DNA of 64,000 nucleotides from Candidatus Eiseniibacteriota bacterium (GTDB taxonomy: Bacteria > Eisenbacteria > RBG-16-71-46). Shown in pieces: positions 1-9,135 of the stretch (the first letter of the stretch is position 1; each line of letters starts with the position of its first letter). Position numbers and translations under genes: made by a program. The notes under the pieces were generated by a model that saw nothing but the letters and a program-made list of their open reading frames with translations, did no database searches and was not told the origin of the DNA. The stretch lies in assembly GCA_044223005.1 (NCBI GenBank), contig JBGAML010000001.1:352001-416000 (forward strand). The letters are read 5' to 3'.

Positions 1-588
1 CGGCTGCCGCGCGCGCCGATCACGCTCGAAGCGCACGCGTGGACGGCGGGCGGCGCGCTGGGCGGCGACTTCGACTACACGCGGCTGCGGCTCGCGGCCG
101 GCGGCGCCCTGGCGCTCGGACGGCACGTCGCGTTCGCGCCGCAGCTGGAATACGGGCGGCTGACCGGCACGGCGCTGCCGCAGGACGCGTTCTACCTGGG
201 CGGCGGCACGCTGCACTCGCTGGACGCGAACGCGCTCCAGGGCACGGGCCGCGCGCTCGCGCACGCGGACTGGATCGTGCTCGAGCCGCTGCAGTCGCTG
301 CTCGGGCTCGAGCGTTCGCCGGCGTTCCCGATCCAGATCGGCGCGTTCGCGGGCGCCGGCGCCGTGTGGGGCCGCGATCCCGCGACCGGCCGCGCGCGAC
401 TCACCGCGCGCGACTGGCCCGAGCGCACCGACTGGCTCGCGGAAGCGGGGCTCTCGCTCCTCTACCGCCCCGGCCTGCCGCACCCGGACTCGTTCGTGCG
501 CGTCGACTGGGCCGTGCCGATCGGCGCCGACGAGCGCAGGCCGAGCTTCTACCTCTCGTACACGCGCTCGCTCAACTTCCTGCACTGA
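1..588 (+). CDS. Partial (5'-truncated) outer-membrane beta-barrel, BamA/TamA surface-antigen-like C-terminus
   Basis: Frame 1 open from base 1 (RLPRAPITLEAHAW...GGDFDYTRL...QDAFYLGG...VRVDWAVP...FYLSYTRSLNFLH); FYLGG motif and amphipathic beta strands. Confidence 0.6.
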   Translation, partial: RLPRAPITLEAHAWTAGGALGGDFDYTRLRLAAGGALALGRHVAFAPQLEYGRLTGTALPQDAFYLGGGTLHSLDANALQGTGRALAHADWIVLEPLQSLLGLERSPAFPIQIGAFAGAGAVWGRDPATGRARLTARDWPERTDWLAEAGLSLLYRPGLPHPDSFVRVDWAVPIGADERRPSFYLSYTRSLNFLH

Positions 589-600
589 GCGGCGGCGAGA

Positions 601-643
601 AACGAATCGCCCCGGCGGATCGCTCCGCCGGGGCGATTTCGTT
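601..643. terminator. Bidirectional hairpin terminator between convergent genes; copy 1 of a 34-bp direct repeat
   Basis: aacgaatcgccccggcgga-tcgc-tccgccggggcgatttcgtt inverted repeat. Confidence 0.75.
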
Positions 644-661
644 GCGCTGCTCGGGACGGTG

Positions 662-1633
662 TCACCGGTACAGCGACTTGAGCTGGCCCCAGGTGTGCGA
701 TTGGGTCGGCGTCGAGGGGCGGCCGAACTTCTCGATCTGGCACAGACTCGATTCGCACACGTAGATCGCATGCGTCGCGTCCACCGCCACAGAAGTCGGC
801 TCGGCAAACAAGCCCGGCGGAAGAGCCCCGTGAACGCTCCACATCTCTTGGAGGACGCCCTCGGTGGTGAAGACTTGGACACGGTCCATTCGGTCGTCTG
901 GCACGTAGACGTTGTTGTCGGCGTCAACGTAGATGCCCAGCTCGAAGTTCAGTCCGGCATCGCCGGGCCGGCTCACGGACCACATTCGGACAAACGCGGT
1001 GTCCGGTGTGAATTCCTGGACCCGGTGAGTTCCGGACTCGATGACGTAGATATCGCCGTTCGGAGCCACTGACACTCCCTCGGGGTCGGCGAATTGCCCC
1101 GGCGCCGTCCCCCGTACACCCCACTGGCCGAGCGAGCCGCCATCGGCACTGAATACTTGTATGCGGTTGTTTCCGACGTCAGCGACGTAGACGTGACCTC
1201 CAGCGTCAACTGCAATCCCGCGGGCCAGATCAAACTCGCCCACACCGACGCCGTGGCTGCCCCACTTGCTGACGAACCCACCTGTCGCAGTGAATCGCTG
1301 AATGCGGTTGTTCCCGGAGTCCACGACGTAGAGATCACCACTCGGACCAAACGCCAGGCCGAATGGAAACGACAGTTGTCCGTCTCCGGCGCCGTGACTG
1401 CCCCAAGCGTCTTCGAAGGTACCATCCGGCGCAAACACCTGAACTCGGTGGTTGTAGGTGTCGGCGACGTACACCTTTCCCCCTGGGCCTATCGTGATCC
1501 CTTGCGCGGACGCGAACTGGCCGGCACCGGAACCGAATGTTCCCCAGGCCCCCAGCAGTGCCGGGGCCTCGCCGAACGCGCTCGTAGCGCAACACGCACT
1601 CACGAGAATCGCCAACAGAAGCCGCCTGGTCAT
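662..1633 (-). CDS. Secreted NHL-repeat (6-bladed beta-propeller) protein with C-terminal TWGQLKSLYR tail, 323 aa
   Basis: Start MTRRLLLAILVS after G-rich RBS; six repeats of WG..G...GQF..P.GI......VYVAD..N.RIQ.F; signal peptide. Confidence 0.9.
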   Translation of the reverse strand: MTRRLLLAILVSACCATSAFGEAPALLGAWGTFGSGAGQFASAQGITIGPGGKVYVADTYNHRVQVFAPDGTFEDAWGSHGAGDGQLSFPFGLAFGPSGDLYVVDSGNNRIQRFTATGGFVSKWGSHGVGVGEFDLARGIAVDAGGHVYVADVGNNRIQVFSADGGSLGQWGVRGTAPGQFADPEGVSVAPNGDIYVIESGTHRVQEFTPDTAFVRMWSVSRPGDAGLNFELGIYVDADNNVYVPDDRMDRVQVFTTEGVLQEMWSVHGALPPGLFAEPTSVAVDATHAIYVCESSLCQIEKFGRPSTPTQSHTWGQLKSLYR

Positions 1634-1838
1634 GCGGCCCCCCTTTCCATTAGCACTACGCATCGCCGTCGCGGCGGACCGGGCTCGATCGCGACAGGAG
1701 CGTCGTGCTCTTGCCACGCGCATCGACCGCTCGACTTCATCCATTCGCGTCAAGGGTACTCCGCCCGCGGCGAGGATCAACCGCCGCCGATTCCTTCCGC
1801 ATCGCGCAGCAGAGGAGGGTCTGGCGCGAGGCACAAAT

Positions 1839-1872
1839 ACGAATCGCCCCGGCGGATCGCTCCGCCGGGGCG
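1839..1872 (-). terminator. Hairpin terminator; copy 2 of the 34-bp direct repeat (identical to 602-635)
   Basis: acgaatcgccccggcggatcgctccgccggggcg, downstream of minus-strand gene 1918-2241 with T-rich tail on the minus strand. Confidence 0.75.
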
Positions 1873-1917
1873 TGGTCACCACCCGTCCCCATGCCGTGAT
1901 TTCGGGTGGCGCGTGCT

Positions 1918-2241
1918 TCAGCGCGTCTTCTCGTTGTGCTTCATGCGGTAGATGCGCCGGCTCTGGCGATCCTGCGCGTGCTCCAGGTGCGCGCGCTCCG
2001 CGGGCGTCACGACACCGTCGGCCTTGGCGCGGGCCTTCACGTTCTGCACGTGGGCCTGGCCGGCTTCGAGTCGCGCGGTCTCGCCCTTGGTGAGCTCGCC
2101 GCTGCGGACGCCCTGCGCGATCCGCTCCTGCTGCCGGACCTGGCGGTGACGGACGCGCGGCGTCGCGGTGCCGGCGGCGGCGATGGAAGCGGTCAGGGCG
2201 GCGATCACCAGGGCCAGGCTCAGCACACGCAGCGTCTTCAT
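1918..2241 (-). CDS. Small secreted helical hypothetical protein
   Basis: MKTLRVLSLAL signal peptide, RBS gaggaggaag; RQ.RQQERI.QGVRSGELT..E..RLE...KADG.VT..ER pattern. Confidence 0.8.
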   Translation of the reverse strand: MKTLRVLSLALVIAALTASIAAAGTATPRVRHRQVRQQERIAQGVRSGELTKGETARLEAGQAHVQNVKARAKADGVVTPAERAHLEHAQDRQSRRIYRMKHNEKTR

Positions 2242-2539
2242 CGTCTTCCTCCTCGAGGCGTCGGCCTCGCGTCGTGGTTCGGGCCTCCCGGCCCGCGCTT
2301 CGCTTCGTCGCTTCACGTTCTCCGCGGCCCGTGGCCGCGACGCCGGGAAGGAAGAGCAGGGCGCGTGCCGCGACCGGGCCGAGGCCGCAGCGTGCGTGGG
2401 CGCAAGGAGTTGACGGCCGCCAAACACGTGTGGGAACGCGCTCTGTGCACCGGGCGGTGCACCCGAGGGGTGCGGGCGTGCACGCGCGGGGACACTCGCC
2501 GGAATGCAGCGCGCAACGCGCGGCGCGCGCGACGCGAAC

Positions 2540-3040
2540 TCAGGCGCGCGCGGCGGGTGCCACGAGATCCAGCTCCATGTAGCGCACGTCGGGGAGCGGA
2601 TTGTCGTAGTAAGCGGGAATGTCGCGGAACCCCAGCGCGTCGTAGAGCACGTTCGCCGTGCGCATCTTCTCGATCCGCAGCGTGTCGAGCCGCATGACGC
2701 GGCAGCCCATCGTGCGCCCGTCCTCGATCACGCGCCGCGCGAGGGCGCGTCCGAGGCCGAGTCCGCGCGCGACGTCGCGAACGTAGAGCCGCTTCATCTC
2801 GCAGACGCCGGGCTCCAGCGTGCGCAGCCCGATGCAGCCGGCGAGCGCGCCGTCGGCATGGGCGACGTAGAGGCGGCCCGAGGGTTCGGCGTAGCGGCCG
2901 GGGAGCGAGGCCACTTCCGTCTCGAAGCCCTGGAAGCAGAGGTTCGCGTCCAGCCAGCGTTCGTATTCGCGGAACAGTTCGCGCACCGACTCGAGGTCGG
3001 CGGGGCTCGCGGCCGGGCGGATCGTGAAGCGTTCGCTCAT
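2540..3040 (-). CDS. GNAT family N-acetyltransferase
   Basis: CEMKRLYV...RGLGLGRAL...LY..LGF motifs. Confidence 0.9.
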   Translation of the reverse strand: MSERFTIRPAASPADLESVRELFREYERWLDANLCFQGFETEVASLPGRYAEPSGRLYVAHADGALAGCIGLRTLEPGVCEMKRLYVRDVARGLGLGRALARRVIEDGRTMGCRVMRLDTLRIEKMRTANVLYDALGFRDIPAYYDNPLPDVRYMELDLVAPAARA

Positions 3041-3164
3041 GCGTCACAGGATAGCGCGGGGCGCGCCCGGCCGCAGCGTCCGCGCTCGACATTTCGGGCC
3101 GCCGCGGGCACCCTTGTTGGGCTCCTGCCTCTCGAATCGACCCCGATCCGGAGCCCCCGTCCCG

Positions 3165-3932
3165 ATGCACCTCACCGCCCTCGCGCTCCTGCCGGTGCTC
3201 GCGCTCGCGAGCCTCGCCGGGACCTCGCGCGCCTCCGCCGCGCCCGACTCGGGACGCTTCGAGTTCCGCACCGTGCACGTGGACGGCCAGGCGCACCGCT
3301 ATGCGGTCTGGCTGCCGCCGGGTCACGCGGACGCGAAGGCGTGGCCGGCGATTCTTTTCCTGCACGGTTCGGGCGAGTGCGGTTCGGACGGCGAGAAGCC
3401 GACGCGCGTGGGGCTGGGGCCCGCGCTGCTGCGCGATCCCGCGCGCTTTCCGTACGTCGTCGTGTTTCCGCAGAAGCCGTTCGAGGACGAGGAATGGGAG
3501 GAGCGCGAGCCGCTCGTGTTCGCGGTGCTGCGCGACGCCGTGCGCCGCGACCACGTCGACGCGACGCGCGTCGCGCTCGTGGGCATTTCGCAGGGCGGGC
3601 ACGGCACCTGGATGATCGGCGCGCGCCACCCGAAGCTCTGGGCGTGCCTCGTGCCGGTGTGCGGCTACGGCCGCGCGCGCACGATCCAGAATCGCGCGAC
3701 GAACCTGCCGGTGTGGGCGTTCCACGGCCTGCGCGACGACCTCGTCGATCCGAACGACACGCGCCACATCGTCGCGGGACTGCGCGAGGCGCGCGCGGCG
3801 AAGGGACTCGACCCCGATGCGGTGCGCATGACGCTGTTTCCCGACGCCAACCACAACTCCTGGGACCCCGCCTTCGCGTCCGATTCGCTGGCCACGTGGC
3901 TCGCGGAACGGCTCGGCACGCCAACTCGCTAG
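3165..3932 (+). CDS. Secreted alpha/beta-hydrolase (predicted esterase/peptidase)
   Basis: Signal peptide; ILFLHGSGE, nucleophile GISQGG, PVWAFHG..D, H in ANHNSW. Confidence 0.85.
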   Translation: MHLTALALLPVLALASLAGTSRASAAPDSGRFEFRTVHVDGQAHRYAVWLPPGHADAKAWPAILFLHGSGECGSDGEKPTRVGLGPALLRDPARFPYVVVFPQKPFEDEEWEEREPLVFAVLRDAVRRDHVDATRVALVGISQGGHGTWMIGARHPKLWACLVPVCGYGRARTIQNRATNLPVWAFHGLRDDLVDPNDTRHIVAGLREARAAKGLDPDAVRMTLFPDANHNSWDPAFASDSLATWLAERLGTPTR

Positions 3933-3950
3933 GCACCTCGCGCTTCCCCC

Positions 3951-6083
3951 ATGGCCGCCACCCCTCGCGACCGTTCGCCGCTGGCCGCTCCGCACCTCGT
4001 GCGGTGCGCGGGCTCGCTCGTGCTCACGCTCGCGCTCGCGCTGCTCGCGCCGGGCGCGTTTGCGCGCGGCGCCGTGGCGCCGGCGCGCGGCATGGCGCGG
4101 GCCGACGCCGGCGACACGGCACAAGTCGCCTCGCTGAGCCTGCCGGTGGCGAGCGTCGTCGAAGGCGACACGCTCGCGCTCGTGCTCGTGGCCGCGGGCA
4201 CGGCGGGCGACCCGACGCCGCGCACGGCGCACCTGCTCGTGTCGCGGCGCGAGACCTCCGGCGCGGAGACGCCCCTCGCCCCGGCGAGCGTGGGGCTGCC
4301 CGATTCGGTGAGTGGGCTCGTGGCCGGCGAGACGCGGCGCGTGCCATTCACCGCGGCGTTCCCGCGCCCCAACGACGGCACGCGCGACCGCATCACCGTG
4401 ATCGCGCGCGCGGGCGGCGCGGAGTCGGCGCCGCTCGAGATCGTGGAGCGCGTCACGCCCGCGATGCTCCTGGTGCCGCCCTCGGTGGGCAACTACTGGC
4501 CCAAGGACTTCGCCATCGTCCGCGTCGACAGTCTCTGGCACGCGTTCTTCATCCTCACGAACCAGACGCCGGGCCAGCCCACCGAGGATCGCTTCGGCCA
4601 CGCGACGTCACCCGACCTGTGCCGGTGGACGTTCCAGTCCGCCGCGACGCTGTTCGCCGTGGACCCGAACCCGAACGCGTGGGATCACGACCACGTCTGG
4701 GCGCCGAGCGTCGTGGAATCGAGCGGCACGTTCTACCTCTTCTATACCGGCGTGCACGGCCCCGGCGAGGGCGTCCAGGCGATCGGTGTCGCGACCACGA
4801 CCGATCGCACGCTGCGCACGTGGACGCGCCTGCCCGCGAACCCGGTCTGGAGCGCGAGCGACGCACCGTGGGCGAACGCGGCGTCGGGCGCGTTCCGCGA
4901 TCCGTTCGTCATGCCCGCCGGCGACCTCGCGCCGGGATCGCGCTGGCTCATGACCTACACCACGCACCCGCTCGGCCCCGACCCGGTGACGCACCTGCCC
5001 GTCAATCCCTGGTGCGATGGCGTCGTCGGCATCGCGCTCTCGCGGGGCGACAGCCTCTCGCGCTGGAGCGACGCGGGCCCGCTGTGGATGACGCGCCTGG
5101 GCACGCACACCGTCGAGTCGCCGCACCTGCTGCGGCACGGGCCCTGGACGTACGTGCTCAGCACCGACGACGACGACCCGAACTACGAGTGCGGTTACGC
5201 CGGGGGCCTGCGTGCGATGGTGTTCCCGAGCCTGTTCGCGATGTACGGCTACGCGCCGTTTCCGCTGCTGGGCGGGGATCCCGCGGCGTTCGCATCCGAA
5301 TCGTGGAGCCGCACCTATCCCGACGGTTCGCAGGAAGACTTCCTCGGCCACGTGGCCGACGACCTGCCGCGCACGCTGCACTTCTACATGGTGTGGTGGC
5401 TGCCCACGCCCGGTGCGGGGTTCCTGCTGGTCGACCCGCTGCGCGTCCGTACGCTGCAGCTTTCGTCGGCGGCGCCCGCGAGCGTGCCCGAGGGCGCCGC
5501 GGCCACGCTCACCGTGCACACGGGCAACGGCGACGGCCGCGCGCGCCACGCCGCGGTCGAAGTGTTCGCGATCGACGGCGCGGCGCGCCGGCCGATCGCG
5601 CCCGAATCCGTGGGGCTGCCGAACACCCTTGTGCTCGCGAGCGCCGACGTTGCGATCCCGTTCACCGTTCACGCCGGCGAGCCGGATCCGGACGCGACGC
5701 CGGATCGCACCGAGATCGTGGTGCGCGTGAACGGTGTCGAGTCGCCCGAGCTCTGGATCGACCGCGCCCCCGCCGGCGTCGGGCGCGAGGCCGCGCATGA
5801 GCTCGCGCTGCACGCGCCGAGCCCCAACCCCGCGCGTACCGTCGCGCACCTGGCCGCCGACGTGCCCGCGTCCGCCGCGGGCGCGGCGATGGAACTCGCG
5901 GTCTTCGACGCGCTCGGCCGCCGCGTGCGCTCGCTCGCCGCCGGCGCCGCGGTTCCCGGACCGGCAGCATGGGACTGGGACCTGCGCGACGCCCGCGGCG
6001 CGCGCGTGTCACCCGGGCTCTACCTCGTCCGTTGGAGCATGGGCGGCGAGCGCGCCGTGCGGCGCGTGATGGTGGTCGACTAG
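3951..6083 (+). CDS. Secreted GH32/GH43-like five-bladed beta-propeller glycoside hydrolase with C-terminal FlgD/T9SS-CTD-like Ig domain
   Basis: FGHATSPDL..W, WAPSVV, FRDPFV, VESP motifs; C-terminal PNP...FDALGRRVR...WDLRD..G....PGLY. Confidence 0.8.
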   Translation: MAATPRDRSPLAAPHLVRCAGSLVLTLALALLAPGAFARGAVAPARGMARADAGDTAQVASLSLPVASVVEGDTLALVLVAAGTAGDPTPRTAHLLVSRRETSGAETPLAPASVGLPDSVSGLVAGETRRVPFTAAFPRPNDGTRDRITVIARAGGAESAPLEIVERVTPAMLLVPPSVGNYWPKDFAIVRVDSLWHAFFILTNQTPGQPTEDRFGHATSPDLCRWTFQSAATLFAVDPNPNAWDHDHVWAPSVVESSGTFYLFYTGVHGPGEGVQAIGVATTTDRTLRTWTRLPANPVWSASDAPWANAASGAFRDPFVMPAGDLAPGSRWLMTYTTHPLGPDPVTHLPVNPWCDGVVGIALSRGDSLSRWSDAGPLWMTRLGTHTVESPHLLRHGPWTYVLSTDDDDPNYECGYAGGLRAMVFPSLFAMYGYAPFPLLGGDPAAFASESWSRTYPDGSQEDFLGHVADDLPRTLHFYMVWWLPTPGAGFLLVDPLRVRTLQLSSAAPASVPEGAAATLTVHTGNGDGRARHAAVEVFAIDGAARRPIAPESVGLPNTLVLASADVAIPFTVHAGEPDPDATPDRTEIVVRVNGVESPELWIDRAPAGVGREAAHELALHAPSPNPARTVAHLAADVPASAAGAAMELAVFDALGRRVRSLAAGAAVPGPAAWDWDLRDARGARVSPGLYLVRWSMGGERAVRRVMVVD

Positions 6084-6184
6084 GTTCTGTCCGAGAATGC
6101 CGCGTGACGCCGTTGCGGCCGGCGCATCGCCCGCCGCATGCTGCCCGCGTTCCCGGCCGCCATCCATCCCGCCCGGAGGTTCCG

Positions 6185-7093
6185 ATGCGTCTTGCCCCCG
6201 CATTCGTCGCGCTCGCGCTCGTCGCGTCCCTCGCCGCTCGGCCCGCGCATGCGCAGGGCATGGAGCACATGCACGCGCACACCGCGAGCGACACCACGCC
6301 GGTCGCCGCCGCACCGCGCGATCCCGCGCTGCCCGCCGACGAGACGCAGGCACGCGACGCACTCGAGCACTCGCCGCGCCACGGCGAGATGGTCGACGTC
6401 TCAGGCCCCGGCGGCGTGCCGCTGCGCACGTGGATCGTCTACCCCGAGCGCCGCGACGCGGCCGGCGTGGTGATGATCGTGCACGAGATTTTCGGTCTGT
6501 CGGACTGGATCCGCGCGCTCGCCGACCAGTACGCCGCGGCGGGCTTCATCGCGGTCGCGCCCGACCTGCTCTCGGGGCTGGGACCGAACGGCGGCGGCAC
6601 GGCCGCATTCGGGTCGCGCGATTCGGTCGTGCAGGCGATCCGCCAGCTGACGCCCGACATGACGATGGCGCGGCTAGACGCCGTGCGTGCGTGGGCGCGC
6701 ACACTGCCTGCCGCGAACGGCCGTGTCGCCACCGCCGGTTACTGCTGGGGCGGCGGGAACAGCTTCGCGTACGCCGCGCACCCGGGCGATCTCGCCGCCG
6801 CGGTCGTCTACTACGGCACGTCGCCCGACAGCACCACGCTCGCCGCGCTGCACGCGCCGGTTCTCGGCCTCTACGGCGGCGACGACGCGCGCGTGGACGC
6901 CACGGTCCCGCCGGCGCAGCGCGTGACGAAGGCGCTGGGCAAGCGCTACGAGCCGCATCTCTACGACGGCGCGGGCCACGGGTTCCTGCGGCAGCAGACC
7001 GGCCGCGACGGCGCGAACCTCAAGGCGACGCGCGACGCCTGGCCGCGCACGATCGCGTTCCTGAAGCAGCACCTCGAGGGCAAGAAGCGCTGA
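6185..7093 (+). CDS. Dienelactone hydrolase family protein (secreted)
   Basis: HEIFGL, APDL, GYCWGG nucleophile, YDGAGHGF; RBS ggagg. Confidence 0.9.
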   Translation: MRLAPAFVALALVASLAARPAHAQGMEHMHAHTASDTTPVAAAPRDPALPADETQARDALEHSPRHGEMVDVSGPGGVPLRTWIVYPERRDAAGVVMIVHEIFGLSDWIRALADQYAAAGFIAVAPDLLSGLGPNGGGTAAFGSRDSVVQAIRQLTPDMTMARLDAVRAWARTLPAANGRVATAGYCWGGGNSFAYAAHPGDLAAAVVYYGTSPDSTTLAALHAPVLGLYGGDDARVDATVPPAQRVTKALGKRYEPHLYDGAGHGFLRQQTGRDGANLKATRDAWPRTIAFLKQHLEGKKR

Positions 7094-7138
7094 GAACGCC
7101 GGCTCAACCCGGAGCCAGCCGCGGCCGAAACCACGGGC

Positions 7139-7765
7139 ATGAGCCCCGATCCTCGTGGCGCCTGGCGCGCCGTCTCGCTCGTCGCGTTTCTCGTCTGCAC
7201 GTTCGCCGCCGCGCTCTACCCGCTCTGGGCCACGTCGTGGTCCGGAGCGGACGTCCGCTCGTTCGACGTGCGCGAAGGCTCGTCGATCACGCTGCTCGGC
7301 CTCACGTGGACGCACGCGTCGCCGCTCGCGCACGAGGTCGGCCCGGTGCACCTCGCGCCGGCGATGAACCCCGTGCGCGTGCTGGCGCACGTCGGCTTCT
7401 CGCCGCTCGCGGCCGGGCGCCCGACGTGCCGCGTCGCCATGCGCGACGACGCCGGGAACGTGCTGTGGTCGGAAGCGCACGGCTTCGGTGCCGGCACCTC
7501 CAATCGCAACGCCCGGCGCGCGAACACGGCGACGGTGCCGATCTCGACGTTCGCGGTCGCGCGCGAGGGCGACTACACGTTCGCCGTCGACGTGGACGCG
7601 CGCCGTGACGACGCGATCCAGGACCTGCGGCTCGAGGTGCGGCGCAACGTGGCGTCGGTCGACTGGCGGCTGGAGCTTCCGCTCGCCGTGCTCGCGCTGG
7701 TTGCGCTGGGTGGCGTGCTCGCCACGGCGCCTTCGCGCACCGGACCGATGCGCCGCGCGGCCTGA
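7139..7765 (+). CDS. Hypothetical membrane protein (N- and C-terminal hydrophobic segments)
   Basis: ORF with host-like codon usage and two TM-like segments. Confidence 0.65.
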   Translation: MSPDPRGAWRAVSLVAFLVCTFAAALYPLWATSWSGADVRSFDVREGSSITLLGLTWTHASPLAHEVGPVHLAPAMNPVRVLAHVGFSPLAAGRPTCRVAMRDDAGNVLWSEAHGFGAGTSNRNARRANTATVPISTFAVAREGDYTFAVDVDARRDDAIQDLRLEVRRNVASVDWRLELPLAVLALVALGGVLATAPSRTGPMRRAA

Positions 7766-7781
7766 ACGCTGCGCGCCGTTC

Positions 7782-7864
7782 GCGGTCGGCCGAACCGCGA
7801 TGACCGTTTGACCGTTGCCACATACCACCGGATCCGGATCCGGTCATATATGGCAATGGTCAAG
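7782..7864. repeat. Composite palindromic element, copy A (small hairpin + TTGACC(A/G)TTGCC...GGCAATGGTCAA hairpin)
   Basis: Matches copies at 18273-18355 and 19642-19724; lies between convergent genes. Confidence 0.85.
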
Positions 7865-7926
7865 CCCAGCGTTGCAGGGAGAATGACCGCGCACACCTCC
7901 GCGGCGTGCGCGCGACCCGGCACCGA

Positions 7927-9135
7927 CTACCCCAGCCGCTCCCACACGCGCACGGCGCACTCGCGGGCTCGCGCGGCGACTTCCTTCTCGTCCACGCTCA
8001 CGATCACGCCGTTGTCCATCACCACCGTGCCGGCCACCATCGCGCCCGCGACCGGCGCGCGCAGGAGTCCGTTCCAGAGGTGCGACGCGAGCGTGCGCGT
8101 GGTGAGCGGCGACGCGGGGCGGTAGTCGACGAGGATCAGGTCGGCGGGCGCGCCGGGATGGATGTGGCCCAGCTCCTCGCCGAAATGGTCCGTCGCCCAG
8201 CGCGCGCCGGCGAGGAACAGCCGGCGGTACTGCGCGTCGGCCATGCCCGGCTGCATCGCGCCGTCCGGCAGCGGCGGCGCGTTGACGCCGTCGTCGCTGC
8301 CCCACGCCACTTCGGTCTCGCGCACCAGCGCGTTCGCGGTGCCGACGCCGGTCGCGCAGAGCGAGTCGCCGCGCTCGCGCACGGCGCCGACCAGGTCGCG
8401 CGGCGCGCGTTCGGCGTGCGCCCAGAGCGCCGGCAGCGCCGTGTCGGGCAGCGCGTCGGGGCGCGTCCAGCGCTCGGCGGGCGTCAGGTCGAGCGCGAGG
8501 TCCACGTGCACCGCGAGCCCGCCGGCGCTCTCCATCGCTTCGGCGAGCAGCGTCTCGATGCCGCGCAGGCTCGTCGCCTGCACGCCGAGCATGCCGCGCA
8601 GCCGGCCGCGGCGCGTGCGCTCGAGGTCGCGCGCGAAGCCCACGCACTCGTCGATCGCCGCGCGGCGCTCGAGCGGCGTGTCGTCCTCGGCCGCGCCGTA
8701 GCAGGTGGCCACGCGTACGCCGACGCGATCCGCGGCGCCGATCACCTCGGCGAGCGAGAGGTCGAGGCACGCGCCCGAACGATGGAAGTCCACCACCGTC
8801 GTCACACCGTGGCGCACGCCTTCCACCAGAGCCGCCTTCACGGCCCAGTTCACGTCCTCGGCCGACAGCGCGCGATCGTAGCGGCGCCATTCGGCCGGCG
8901 AGCGCAGGTCGAGCCCGCGCGCCAGGTGCCGCGCGAGATGCGCGTGCGTGTTGACGAAGCCCGGCATCAGCACGCGACCGCGCGCCGGCCAGAGCGTCTC
9001 GTCGGGATACGCGGCCGCGAGATCGCCCAGCGTGCCCAAGTTGGCGATGTGCGCGCCGACGATCCGGACCGCGCCGTTCTCGTACACCTGCGGCTCCGGG
9101 CCGCCCGTCACCACGATGCACGGCCCGACGATCAC
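7927..9135 (-). CDS. Amidohydrolase family protein (SsnA-like, partly degenerate)
   Basis: GTG start overlapping upstream stop (GTGA); MPGFVNTHAH, GVTTVVDFH, G.I.PGAPADLI. Confidence 0.8.
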   Translation of the reverse strand: MIVGPCIVVTGGPEPQVYENGAVRIVGAHIANLGTLGDLAAAYPDETLWPARGRVLMPGFVNTHAHLARHLARGLDLRSPAEWRRYDRALSAEDVNWAVKAALVEGVRHGVTTVVDFHRSGACLDLSLAEVIGAADRVGVRVATCYGAAEDDTPLERRAAIDECVGFARDLERTRRGRLRGMLGVQATSLRGIETLLAEAMESAGGLAVHVDLALDLTPAERWTRPDALPDTALPALWAHAERAPRDLVGAVRERGDSLCATGVGTANALVRETEVAWGSDDGVNAPPLPDGAMQPGMADAQYRRLFLAGARWATDHFGEELGHIHPGAPADLILVDYRPASPLTTRTLASHLWNGLLRAPVAGAMVAGTVVMDNGVIVSVDEKEVAARARECAVRVWERLG

